Of a stretch of DNA of 64,000 bases, positions 26,360-36,653 are shown piece by piece; position 1 is the stretch's first letter; every line of letters starts with the position of its first letter. A program made the position numbers and the translations under genes. Source of the stretch: an uncultured virus (IMG/VR IMGVR_UViG_3300020447_000004) (Duplodnaviria; Heunggongvirae; Uroviricota; Caudoviricetes). The notes beneath the pieces were generated by a model, which saw only the letters and a program-made list of their open reading frames with translations, was not told the origin of the DNA and ran no database searches. Location of the stretch: IMG/VR virus record IMGVR_UViG_3300020447_000004. One strand, 5' to 3'.

Positions 26360-27930
26360 CCTCATCCAAGGACATCGGAGCCTACTACACTCCCCCGAAG
26401 ATTATCAAAGAAATCCTTCCTTGGGTAATGCAAGGTGTTGGGTCCGATATGCATATCCTGGAACCTTCCTGTGGTGAGGGCCGTTTTCTATCTGCACTGG
26501 ACCCTTACCGCAAACGGATAGCCTCCGTTGATGCTATAGAGCTAATTCCTTTGGAGGCAAAAAAAGCTGCCACGGCACTGTCGGTCTCAGGCAAAGTCCA
26601 CACGGCCGACTTCTTTGATTGGCTGCTCCGTACTCACTTAACTGAGACTCCTTTCGGGAACCGTATACGTGAGGAGATGTACGATGTGGTAATCGGAAAT
26701 CCTCCGTATGTGAGCTTCCGGAAGCAGTCTGACTGCCAAAAGCAGTGTGTCAGTCAGGTAATGGATGCATATCAGGTTGATTTCAACAAGCACTCCTCTA
26801 TCTGGCTTCCGTTTATGGTATCCTCATTGCTATCTCTCAAACAGGGAGGTAGGCTGGGTATGGTTATACCTTCTGAAATCCTTACAGTAAAGTATGCACA
26901 GGCGATCCGTGATCTATTGATTGATGAGTGTTCCGAGGTCCGGATTCTGGACCTGCCTGGAGTCTGGTTTGAGTCGACTCAGCAGGCTTGTGTTGTGTTA
27001 CTGGCAATTCGCGACTCGAATATACCTTGTCGTGTAGGACTCCATAAGTCATTCCATCACCAGGGCATGACTTTTGTTCATGGGCCGCTCCTCAAGGGGT
27101 CTAAATGGACCTCCTTGCTGTTGGGTGAGGAGGTCCGTACTCTGTTGGATGGGATATTCGAGCGCCCTCATGTACATCGTCTGGGGGATGTGAGTACAGT
27201 GCTCACCTCTTTTACGACAGGGTGTGACTCTTTCTTCTTTTTGTCACGGGAAGATGTTGACCGTCGTGGGCTATCTGATTATGTGGTACCTTTGGTACCC
27301 AAGTGTTCCGAGTTTGCAGGTCTATCTTTTGGGGAAAGTACTCATCTGCACTTGTCAAAACAGGGGTCGAAATGCTGGTGTGTCTCGTTTCAAGATGACT
27401 ACGAAAACCTCTCCCCCGAAGCCCAGTCCTATATCGACTACGGCCTTAGTATTAAGGCCGATTCGTCCTACAAGTCGAACGCCCGTCGTGTCTGGTATCA
27501 GTTGGGCGACCTACCACGATCTCCTCTGTGTCTCTATCGACGTTCCGACATTACTCCTCGAATGGTCCTGAATCCAATGGGAGCTGTAGTTGCTCGGACC
27601 GCATACCATGTGACTCCTCAGGGTTCCCTATCCCCAGAATCCCTGTTAGTCGGGTTCAGTAACCCTCTAACATGGCTGTGTGCCGAGCTGGAAGGACGTT
27701 CCTTTGGTGGTGGGTTACTGGAGCTATCCAGTAACGAGATGAAAGACCTTCCTGTAATCTTGTCAGACCACAACACATCTCTCTACTCGACACTGGAAAA
27801 GGGTGATGTTAGACAGGTAGGGGGGGATCTCATGTCTGATGCGGGTCTCACTGTAGACCAGCAGAGGATGCTACTACGTGCCTATCAGGCCCTGTTGAAT
27901 CGTCGCAGAAACTCCCAGCTGACACGCTGA
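26356..27930 (+). CDS. N6-adenine DNA methyltransferase (gamma class) with C-terminal TRD-like region
   Basis: GAYYTP, ILEPSCGEGRF, VIGNPPY; no cognate endonuclease adjacent. Confidence 0.9.
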   Translation: MTSSKDIGAYYTPPKIIKEILPWVMQGVGSDMHILEPSCGEGRFLSALDPYRKRIASVDAIELIPLEAKKAATALSVSGKVHTADFFDWLLRTHLTETPFGNRIREEMYDVVIGNPPYVSFRKQSDCQKQCVSQVMDAYQVDFNKHSSIWLPFMVSSLLSLKQGGRLGMVIPSEILTVKYAQAIRDLLIDECSEVRILDLPGVWFESTQQACVVLLAIRDSNIPCRVGLHKSFHHQGMTFVHGPLLKGSKWTSLLLGEEVRTLLDGIFERPHVHRLGDVSTVLTSFTTGCDSFFFLSREDVDRRGLSDYVVPLVPKCSEFAGLSFGESTHLHLSKQGSKCWCVSFQDDYENLSPEAQSYIDYGLSIKADSSYKSNARRVWYQLGDLPRSPLCLYRRSDITPRMVLNPMGAVVARTAYHVTPQGSLSPESLLVGFSNPLTWLCAELEGRSFGGGLLELSSNEMKDLPVILSDHNTSLYSTLEKGDVRQVGGDLMSDAGLTVDQQRMLLRAYQALLNRRRNSQLTR

Positions 27931-27974
27931 TGTGTTATCCTTTTGTAGTATCATTAGACCATCGGAGGCTACAA

Positions 27975-28223
27975 ATGGACCTGACACGTATTGCAGCGGG
28001 CCTGAGTAAGGAGGCCGCATCATTTCGGAATGAAGACATTGCTCGAATGCAGCAGACTTCGCAAGACCTCTATAAGAGGGTACAGGGACTGGCAGCCCAA
28101 ATCGCTCAGGTAGAGCATTCCGCAGATCGCGCGATGTCCGCCGATTTGAAGAAAGCCTTCAAGAGTCTACAGTCCGCGCTTCGATCGATAGATACTGCTA
28201 CGCTACACCTTGAGAAATGGTAA
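27975..28223 (+). CDS. small protein with N-terminal LTRIAA motif
   Basis: GGAGG RBS; MDLTRIAAGLSKEAASF... Confidence 0.7.
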   Translation: MDLTRIAAGLSKEAASFRNEDIARMQQTSQDLYKRVQGLAAQIAQVEHSADRAMSADLKKAFKSLQSALRSIDTATLHLEKW

Positions 28224-28227
28224 TATC

Positions 28228-28591
28228 ATGAGTTTGACAAATGAACTAAATCGCATTGCGGCTGAAATAGCCAAATCATCTTCATCCTACACCTGGGACC
28301 GGCTCCTAATCCAAGCTCAGAAAAACTACCTAACCATCGTCCTTCAGGAAGTAAAATACCTCTTGGGGGGGAGATGTCACTGTCAAAGTCTCGGGGTCCT
28401 CGTTATTTTTTGAGGGTAGTGCTTATGGCGTTCCTTTAGATGGCAGCGTTCGTTGGGTACCTAACCGTATTCACCAGCTCCAGTTTTCGGGGTTTGCAGG
28501 ACGTAACACCTTCTCTGGGAAGGTTAACCTACGTAAGCAGTCTCCGAAGGCGGTAGCTCAGACTCTTATCCGTGCAATTGAGTCTGCCTAA
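28228..28591 (+). pseudogene. LNRIAA-motif protein split by a frameshift at a G7 run (28365-28371)
   Basis: Removing one G gives a continuous ORF of about 120 aa that resembles 61607-62008 on both sides of the run. Confidence 0.65.
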
Positions 28592-28654
28592 ATAGACTCT
28601 TGAGATATCTTTTGTTTCGTGTTAAGGCTCTCCAAACGCAGGAGACCCTAACAC

Positions 28655-29197
28655 ATGATTCGCAACATCTGTATCCGCAAACTTACATACACGGACCCCG
28701 AGAGCATTCAAGAGGAATGGACTCGGGGTGGGGTGTTTTATCGCCCTGACTCTACATTGCCTGCACGCATCTTCTATCGACACGGGAAACTCTGTCGAGC
28801 GTTATGGTATCAGAACGGGAATCGTCACCGGGAAGAGGGGCCAGCTGAAATCTGGCTGAATTTATGGTCCGAGAGTCCCTCGACAATACGCAAGGCCGTT
28901 TACTTCCACAAAGGTAAGATGCATCGGGTAGACGGCCCGGCATCCCTTGAGTTTCACTTCTTAGGGCATTATGCGTATCTGCATTACTACCGTTATGGGC
29001 GTCTTCATCGTGCGGGAGACCTTCCCGCAGCTATTGTTTTTGGTCATTCGGGTACGGTTCAGTCTGTTCAGTACATGCAACATGGCCACACCCATCGAGA
29101 GAGCGGTCCTGCCTATATCAGGTACAACGGGTCAGGGAACCCGATAGACCAGAGATGGTACCTCAATGGGAAGGAAGTCCGTCCCGAAAGTGAATAG
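28655..29197 (+). CDS. HRxDGPA-repeat protein
   Basis: HREEGPA, HRVDGPA, HRAGDLPA, HRESGPA. Confidence 0.8.
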   Translation: MIRNICIRKLTYTDPESIQEEWTRGGVFYRPDSTLPARIFYRHGKLCRALWYQNGNRHREEGPAEIWLNLWSESPSTIRKAVYFHKGKMHRVDGPASLEFHFLGHYAYLHYYRYGRLHRAGDLPAAIVFGHSGTVQSVQYMQHGHTHRESGPAYIRYNGSGNPIDQRWYLNGKEVRPESE

Positions 29198-29579
29198 ATG
29201 TGGAGACCACGTCACCGTTCACATTAAAAGACGTAGACGTAATGGTCCTACGACATGTGTCCGATTTCCACTCGACAAGAACCACCTGCTGAGGTACCCG
29301 GTGGTATGGCCACCATGAAACGAACGCGACGCCCTCATAAGGGTATCTACCATTGGTTATGTACCTGACACTGCGTACCTCGTACCTTCCCGTATAGTAG
29401 CACCTCAAGTATGATACGACGGCGGGCTGACCCTCTTCTGCATGTCGGAGCCCGTTTTGGAAACGAGTCAGGGTGCGTGTGAAGCTGTCCCACTGAACCG
29501 TGTACACATGGCGCACTAAAACCGACCTGTAGTGAAGTACGCGACCCCGTCTTCTACGTACTCGAATCGCATCGGCTTC

Positions 29580-29629
29580 CAGGCCTCCGGTCTAATCTCC
29601 TCCTCGGAGGAGATTAGACCGGAGGCCTG
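29580..29629. repeat. 24-bp perfect inverted repeat
   Basis: CAGGCCTCCGGTCTAATCTCCTCC-TC-GGAGGAGATTAGACCGGAGGCCTG. Confidence 0.9.
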
Positions 29630-29884
29630 CTTCACAGAAGTCTGCCCCAGTGACGCCCGTGTCATCTGCAGGCGCGTGCCACTGACCATTCGAAGGGCTA
29701 TCTGCTCCCAAGCTGTAGACTTGCATACCACACCGTGAGATGCTCAGCACACACTCCTTGCCGGTAGAGTCATCGCGTAGACGCACGACATCCTCTTTCT
29801 GGGACATGGCGCGGTGGCCTCCCACAAACTGAAACTGGGGGTAAGGTCGATTCATAGTGTACTCCTTTGTGTGTTACAGGCAGT

Positions 29885-29911
29885 AGACGCAAGAGGGCAC
29901 AAAAAGTCAGA
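29885..29911 (-). promoter_or_regulatory. TCTGAC-N16-CGTC ECF-like phage promoter
   Basis: Motif copy upstream of AAGGAG/ATG 29855. Confidence 0.75.
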
Positions 29912-29935
29912 ATCTTTGTGCCCTTTCAATGCCGA

Positions 29936-30268
29936 TTACTTCCAGTACACGGCACCATGGGTACGTAGGGACATCTCAAGGTTCGGCTGGCGGATGTTAC
30001 CCCGGATACCCTTGGCAGGCTTCTTCCATGAGGCCGCCTTGAGAATGTCGCCCGTCTCACGGTTGACGAAGTGGTGCACACTGCGGCCACTGCCATCCTT
30101 ATCGGTCTTGACGATCTTGATGTACTTCCGGCCGGGCTGGGCCGAGATGACGTATCCGAACGTCTTCAGGAAGCCTTCACCATGAAAGGCCACGAGACCA
30201 CGGTCCACGATGTCCTGGACCTTGACAAGGTACTCAGCAAGCTCGGCGTCGGTAACAGGGCGGTTCAT
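29936..30268 (-). CDS. conserved phage hypothetical protein
   Basis: GRKYIKIV..SVHHFV..TGDILKAASWKKPAKGIRGNI, a pattern I recognise from phage proteins of unknown function. Confidence 0.75.
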   Translation of the reverse strand: MNRPVTDAELAEYLVKVQDIVDRGLVAFHGEGFLKTFGYVISAQPGRKYIKIVKTDKDGSGRSVHHFVNRETGDILKAASWKKPAKGIRGNIRQPNLEMSLRTHGAVYWK

Positions 30269-30297
30269 TTGATTCTCCTCTGTGGGTTACAGGTAGC

Positions 30298-30324
30298 AGA
30301 CGCACGAGAGGTCGAAAAGTCAGA
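30298..30324 (-). promoter_or_regulatory. TCTGAC-N16-CGTC ECF-like phage promoter
   Basis: Motif copy upstream of ATG 30268. Confidence 0.75.
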
Positions 30325-32975
30325 GATTATTCGAGATTTCTTGTAGGACACTCATGCAAATGACAAAGTCTCTCCGAATCCACTACCCTCTCCAAGGCAC
30401 CGAAGTGGTCTGTACTTCTGGTCCCTTTCGTGTTCGTCTGGTATACGACTTCCGTAATAATCTAAGGACTGTACTCCGTGACTGCTTTTTTGACGGATAC
30501 CTGCCCCATAGCCGTGCACACCCCTCTACACTGTCGTGGGACCCCTACGGCCGCCTTACTCTTGCATCATGGTATCAGAGGGGGATCCTCTTCCGGCCTC
30601 GCGGTCCCGCCTATATCCTCTTCTTGTCAGAAAAGGCGGGTACGGTTATAGACTACCGAAACGACTCCAAAGATCTGGGGTACCTTGTCCCTTTGCACAT
30701 CCCGTCTCCTCCGGAGGATTCATTATGGCCTTGAGAGCATGACACCCCTGTACTGCGTCAGAGTGTACACTCAGTGGGTTGACCCATGTGTTACACTGAG
30801 GGACTCAATCTCGGGACAGACACATTATTTCTACTCGGGAGATACTCCAAGCATTCCGGAGTCTCCTTGGTTGGAGGAAGCCGTCAAGCACTTCCAAGAG
30901 AAAGAGGTACCACGCGCCTTAGAGTTAACTCGCCAAGTCGCGGATATTCGCAAAGCCATGAGAGCGAGCCTGGAAAGGTACATAGGAACCGCTTACGATG
31001 ACTGAGGAATATTCCATAGGGGTGTATACTATTCCTATTCTGGGTTGTGTGTCAGTAGTGGGCAGGATTTTCTCAAAGCCTGTTATTCACTATTTCAAAG
31101 ATGACGCGCAACTTGATATGCTACCGTATCCTGACTCCGTCAAGCTGCTGACGCGCTACCAACTGAGTCAGTTAGACCTCTCGCAGGAATGGGGTTACGG
31201 ACGTCTCAATGTAGCTGAAAATTGGTCTCAGTTTGCATATTCCCCCGAACCGTGGTCAGTGCCTCTATACACGGCTGAGGTGACCTTTGGCATCGACTGG
31301 GGACTATCCACCTCAGATAGCATTTTCTGTACCCGCTACGTTACGACGGAGTGACCATGGAACGTGTGTACCTACTACTCCAAATACGCTCTACTTGCGC
31401 CATTTCATACCGGGGTCAGTACTACCGCTATCTACATGGGTCTTTATGCGCAACCTATTACGAAAAAGTTGGGTCATGGAATGGGTCACTATCTTATGGT
31501 CCCAGGCAAAATCCCTCTTACGTAGTTACATGGTTGGGGCCTAAAGGACGTTTTCAGGGGCTCACATATCTGGACGGCTTGGGGGGTGCACTGGGTCATA
31601 TACCACCCCACTTAGACCTCCGTCTGGAATCGGGACCTCTCTCCCTCTCTCGACAACGCCTTGACCAACTCAGGGGGCACCTTCCGTGGACATAGAATAC
31701 CTACTGAAGCGATTAGACAGTGGCAAACACTCCTCCGTCTATGTATTTGAGACAGGATCTCACCGATTTTCTGATATCATGTTCCCGGGAGAAGACATCC
31801 CGTGTGATTACTGTATTGATGGGCACGGGAACCTGTATGCCAACACGTGTTATCACTTAGGGTTTTGCTACTTTCGGGTATCCTACTCTCGTTATACCGG
31901 GATCAGTGTGACAGATATCTTTGGTACTCGGATTTTCGCCCCCTCTTGTGGGGTACACAAACCTACGTGGGGCTCTCTCCTCAAGAAGCACCCGACCCGC
32001 CTTCCAAAAGATCTGGAATACCTACCGCAACTGTCCAAGATCGTCTGGGGCAGGACATGAAACGAACCAGTATCCTCATTGACCGACGCATCTACTGGGA
32101 CCCCTACATCGTCTATGAGTCTGAGTGGGGGTCAGGGGTCAAATTAGGTGAGCACCCCATGGTGTTTCAAGTAACGGACTACAGCACGGTGTCTGGGGGT
32201 GTCCTGACCTTTATGGTACAGTACGTTCATACTCGATTCCTCTCCTATCATCTGTGGACCCTACTTGTCTCGTCCAGCTTCGGAGATGTACGCACTTATC
32301 AGTACCTACACACACCCACGGGAGTTTTCTTTGTAGGTGGGGATGATCCTCCGTTTGATAATGAAGATGAACACCGCGTCACTCTGGAAAAGATATTTGC
32401 TTCTCCTGCGTATCCAGATATACTGCGAATCTCTGCCATGGTAGGTCCTATACTGGAGTGCCTACCTCTATGGTGTCATCATGACTATGGAGTACCGAAA
32501 AATGCGGGACACGTTGACTCATACCCTGACTCTGGATGACGGCACCGAAGTATCTGCCGAGTTCATGCTAAGGATAGCTGAGCATTCCGTGGCAGCGTAT
32601 CGAGATGCTCCCAAGCTGGCAGAAGAGCACTACCTCAAGTATGTATCGACCGACCTATCCGATGATACGGATGGCTATGTAGCTCGCCTGACAGAATCGT
32701 TTCGGCGTCCCGTTGGTCCAGACTTCTATCAAAAGTCGCTTGACATCATCCGCAAGTACGGTATGTCCGTGGAAGAGTGCCGTTGGATTCAAGACGATCC
32801 GCTGGTGTCTGTATGATAGAAACTCGCTTCCTCATGCGGCAAACCTTTGCGAGACTTCCGTCCAAAACTCGCGCGGTGACTCTCAGGGTACGTCTATCCG
32901 ACGAGTCTTATGTGCTTGCCACCTATCAACGGTATGAACCCGCATTATTCCTCCGCACCCCCAAGGACCGCCCAC

Positions 32976-33860
32976 ATGAACGAGCCCACCGTCAACGCCA
33001 CCGACATCGAGAAGCCGTGCTCTTTCGGTCGCCACTTCGTCGGCGACGAGGGCGAAATCTATCAGGGAGATGCTGCGGAGATCCTGCGGCAACTCCCTCC
33101 AGATTCGGTGGACCTTCTCTTCGCGGACCCTCCCTACAACATCGGGAAGCGGTTCGCGAACTTCATCGACAAGTGGCCCTCCGAAGCCGCCTATGCCGAC
33201 TGGTGTGCAACTTGGCTTGAGGCTGCCCTTCGGGCGCTGAAGCCGAACGGCTCAATGTATGTGATGACAAGCACCCAGGCGATGCCATACCTCGACATCT
33301 GGCTGCGAGACAGAGTGACGGTCAAGTCACGGATCGTGTGGCACTACGACAGCTCGGGGGTCCAAGCAAAGAGCCACTTCGGCTCATTGTACGAACCGAT
33401 ATTACACTGTGTCGCCAACGCAAAGAACTACACCTTCAATGCCGAAGCCATTATGGTGGATGCAAAAACTGGTTCGAAGCGAAAGCTAATCGACTACCGG
33501 AAGAAAGTACCAACGGTATACAACTCCAAGAAAGTTCCTGGCAACGCCTGGTACTTCCCGAGAGTGAGATACCGAATGCCGGAGTATGAAAAGCACCCAA
33601 GCCAAAAGCCCGAAGCCCTTCTGGAGCGCGTAATCTTGGCCAGTTCGAACTCTGGTGATGTGGTGTTGGACCCATTTTCCGGGACATTCACCACGTGCGC
33701 AGTGGCCAGACGCCTGCAACGGCGATTCATCGGAATCGAACTTCAACAGCCCTATGTTGAGGTGGGGCTAAGGCGGACCGGGCTCGCGACTCACGTAGGC
33801 GGCGAGAAGCTAACTGCTCCGAACAAGAGCTACAAACGAAAGAATGGAAAAGGCACTTGA
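32976..33860 (+). CDS. adenine-specific DNA methyltransferase, YhdJ-like (beta class)
   Basis: FADPPYNIGK, FPRVRYRMPEYEKHPSQKPEALL, VLDPFSGTFTT. Confidence 0.92.
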   Translation: MNEPTVNATDIEKPCSFGRHFVGDEGEIYQGDAAEILRQLPPDSVDLLFADPPYNIGKRFANFIDKWPSEAAYADWCATWLEAALRALKPNGSMYVMTSTQAMPYLDIWLRDRVTVKSRIVWHYDSSGVQAKSHFGSLYEPILHCVANAKNYTFNAEAIMVDAKTGSKRKLIDYRKKVPTVYNSKKVPGNAWYFPRVRYRMPEYEKHPSQKPEALLERVILASSNSGDVVLDPFSGTFTTCAVARRLQRRFIGIELQQPYVEVGLRRTGLATHVGGEKLTAPNKSYKRKNGKGT

Positions 33861-33946
33861 GCCCGCCTATCCCCAGACCCTCCCGGCCCGGCGGAGCGGC
33901 CCGGCCGGTCTTCCCAGCAACCATCCCTCTTTGGCGGAGCCAAGCC

Positions 33947-34135
33947 TTGAAGCGCCATTCATTCACTCCACGTATCGAAGCCATCCTGACGAAGCTCTAC
34001 GGACAAAAGGCGGGTCGGGTGGTGTTTCAGGCGAGCGACCTCCTCAAATATCTCAACAAGAAGACTGTCTCGGCAGACCGGGGCTCCAAGGCGAGAGGGA
34101 GCTTCGCGAACATCTACGCAATATACGTACTCGTA
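33947..34135 (+). pseudogene. truncated N-terminus of the probable cognate restriction endonuclease
   Basis: LLKYLNKKTVSADRGSKARGSFANIYAIYVLV, then interrupted by the IS remnant; family recalled from memory, not searched. Confidence 0.55.
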
Positions 34136-34427
34136 GGAGCCCGTCCTATTCACCCGTCGAGTTGGATGAGGCCCTCAAGCTACCCCACAGAGGCCCGCAG
34201 GACCGCAGAGAGGTCTCGGGGGACACGGTGTCAGCGCGGAGGGCCAGGGCCCCGGCGTCCTCGGTCAACGGTGTGGATGCCGCCTGGACCCGGATGGAAC
34301 GGTTGAAGTTCGTGCGGAACAGACTAACCTGACGCTCACCCATGCTCGCCTCGCTGTTGGAACGTGTATTCAGCGAGAACGTAGTGTTTTTCGCACTTCT
34401 TGGATAGGTGAGCATGGGTCTCTCAGG
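34135..34427 (-). mobile_element. internally deleted IS1380-family remnant
   Basis: MGERQVSLFRTNFNRSIRV..LTEDAGALALR resembles the IS1380 transposase N-terminus; imperfect inverted ends GAGCCCGTCCTATTCACC / GAGACCCATGCTCACC. Confidence 0.65.
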
Positions 34428-34700
34428 ATGCGCTGCATAAGGCGGGTTGAAGCCTCTTACTCCTTACGATGGCAGATCGACTCGGAATGTTTTCTGGTCG
34501 TAGGGTTCATCTACTCCAGTATAGTAGGGGAGGTTAAGACGACCACTCCGCTTGCAGGAAGGTGCCGTAGTGATGGTCAGGTCTCAACCTTCTTGGATGA
34601 GATGGTACCCTACTACGCACAATACCTCGATCGCATTCGGCAGAGATTACCCTCTTGACAGACGAGCAGACTGTGTTACACCCTCGGAAATGGAGGTATT

Positions 34701-35522
34701 ATGAATCTACCCGACCGCATGAAATACTACGAGAAGCTCTACGACCCCGGGCTTCTTCCCCGAGTCCCCATTGTCATTCGTCTGGACGGATGTCGATTCT
34801 CGAAATGGACTTGGGGGAATAAACTGAGCCGACCCTACGATGAGGGGATGGCTCGGCTCATGATTGCTGTGACTAAGTCACTGGTCGAGAAGTTTCGTCC
34901 GGTGGTTGGGTACACCGTTTCTGACGAGATCACTCTAATATTGCCAGAGCGTGATCGGCCCGATATGCTCTACGGAGGACGTGTCTCTAAGCTGGTGAGC
35001 ACCACCGCTTCACACGCGACCCTGGTCTTTAACTCTTTGATGGGTGAGTATTTGCCCGATTCTGACCCTGACAAGCTCAAGCGTCCTGCTGAGTTTGACT
35101 CTCGCGCCTTCACCGTACCCTCCCGTGAGGAAGCTGTGAACACTCTACTGTGGCGCGAGAATGACGGGACTCGTAACTCCGTCGCCATGGCAGCTCAGTC
35201 TGTATACTCACACCGGCAGCTGCATGGGAAAGACCGTCGCGCCATGATGGACATGCTCATGGAACAAGGCATCAACTGGAACGATTACCCTGCCTTCTTC
35301 AAGCGGGGTACCTATGTACAGTCTCGTACAATTACACGTCCTCCTACTGATGAAGAAATCGCACGTAGTAGGGGTAATCTCTTGCCCGAAGATACGGTCA
35401 CTCGCTCTCGTATCGTAGAGCTGGAAATGCCTCCCCTACGTCAGGTGACAAACCGTGTAGGTGTCATCTTTAACAAAGAAACCCCCCAAACCTCTAAGGA
35501 GGATGAATCGAATGAGTCGTGA
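34701..35522 (+). CDS. Thg1-like tRNA(His) guanylyltransferase / 3'-5' polymerase
   Basis: IVIRLDGCRFSKWT, GYTVSDEITL, GRVSKL, FDSRAF, WRENDGTRNS, FFKRG. Confidence 0.92.
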   Translation: MNLPDRMKYYEKLYDPGLLPRVPIVIRLDGCRFSKWTWGNKLSRPYDEGMARLMIAVTKSLVEKFRPVVGYTVSDEITLILPERDRPDMLYGGRVSKLVSTTASHATLVFNSLMGEYLPDSDPDKLKRPAEFDSRAFTVPSREEAVNTLLWRENDGTRNSVAMAAQSVYSHRQLHGKDRRAMMDMLMEQGINWNDYPAFFKRGTYVQSRTITRPPTDEEIARSRGNLLPEDTVTRSRIVELEMPPLRQVTNRVGVIFNKETPQTSKEDESNES

Positions 35523-35941
35523 TGTGCTTTTCAGCGCCCTGTCAGGTCTTCTGGCCCCCCCTTCTGTCGTGGTCGAGCTTGACGTACTTCGCGTTATCCC
35601 CAGCATCCATGCGAACTGCTGTAAGGCGGTCCCTGAGGTGATGTGGCAGGGGCGTGTCAGTATCTTGCAGACCACCTCAGCTGACTATGCGATCAACTTC
35701 ACAGGTGACTACCGGATCGGTTCCGTAAAGGTTCAGGTCCAGGCCGTATATGCCTCGATGCAGTGGACGATGCAGTGCCAGGACTATCATGCGGTATCTG
35801 AGGGGTGCACTGACCCCCGTGAAGCGTGGCAATCACTTCTACGCGCGCTCGCGGATGTCCATGATGAGTATACCATGAAGGCCGAAGAGCTGGGATCTCT
35901 GATCGGGGAATCGACTGAGGAATAGCTTTCCTCCGAAAGTC

Positions 35942-35968
35942 TCTGACTTTTGGCCTGCCCAAACGTCT
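35942..35968 (+). promoter_or_regulatory. TCTGAC-N16-CGTC ECF-like phage promoter
   Basis: Motif copy upstream of ATG 35993. Confidence 0.78.
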
Positions 35969-35992
35969 ACTGACTGTACCCTCTACGGAGAA

Positions 35993-36439
35993 ATGAAAAT
36001 GCCAGACTACATCGGCTACTGTGAAAACCTGCCCAATCTCCGGGGTCGCATCATCCGGATTCCCAAGGGTGCTATGGTGTACAGCACGGCTCCCACCGGA
36101 GCCCGCCCCTGTGCACGGGCTCATTCGGTCCGTGTCCATTCCGTCGACAACGGAATGGAGATAGCGGTTGCTCGGGAATATGGCGACATCTTGGTGCCCG
36201 TGGCAAGTGGTCGCGACATGGAGTACGTTCTCCGGAAGAATGGTCTGGAAGTGCCAGGAGAAGTCTTCCACAATCTCACTCCTGAGCTTGTCTCTGACCT
36301 GATCCAAAATTTGGAGCCGCTTGGCGTGGTGCGTCGAGTGGGCAACCAGATCCGGGTGATTACCCAGAACCCTCGTCTGGTGTGGGTGGGCTCTGGACAG
36401 TACTACCGCTCCACCGACATCAACAACGTGAGTTTCTGA
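35993..36439 (+). CDS. hypothetical protein
   Basis: GGAG RBS after promoter motif. Confidence 0.7.
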   Translation: MKMPDYIGYCENLPNLRGRIIRIPKGAMVYSTAPTGARPCARAHSVRVHSVDNGMEIAVAREYGDILVPVASGRDMEYVLRKNGLEVPGEVFHNLTPELVSDLIQNLEPLGVVRRVGNQIRVITQNPRLVWVGSGQYYRSTDINNVSF

Positions 36440-36653
36440 TGCCCTCCACCCCCAATGAGCTTAAGGTTCAAGTCAACCTCGATGAGCTTTCCTTTGAGGA
36501 TGCCGAGCACTACTATGAGTTGGGAATCGTTTCTGAGGAACAGTGGTATCGGTACTGTTACGAGTGGCGTGCGACCGTCCCACGTTTTACGGCGTCTGGG
36601 CGCTGGGAAGCTCAGCAGTATGCCCGTGCTCACAATCTACCTGAGGTGTCCTG

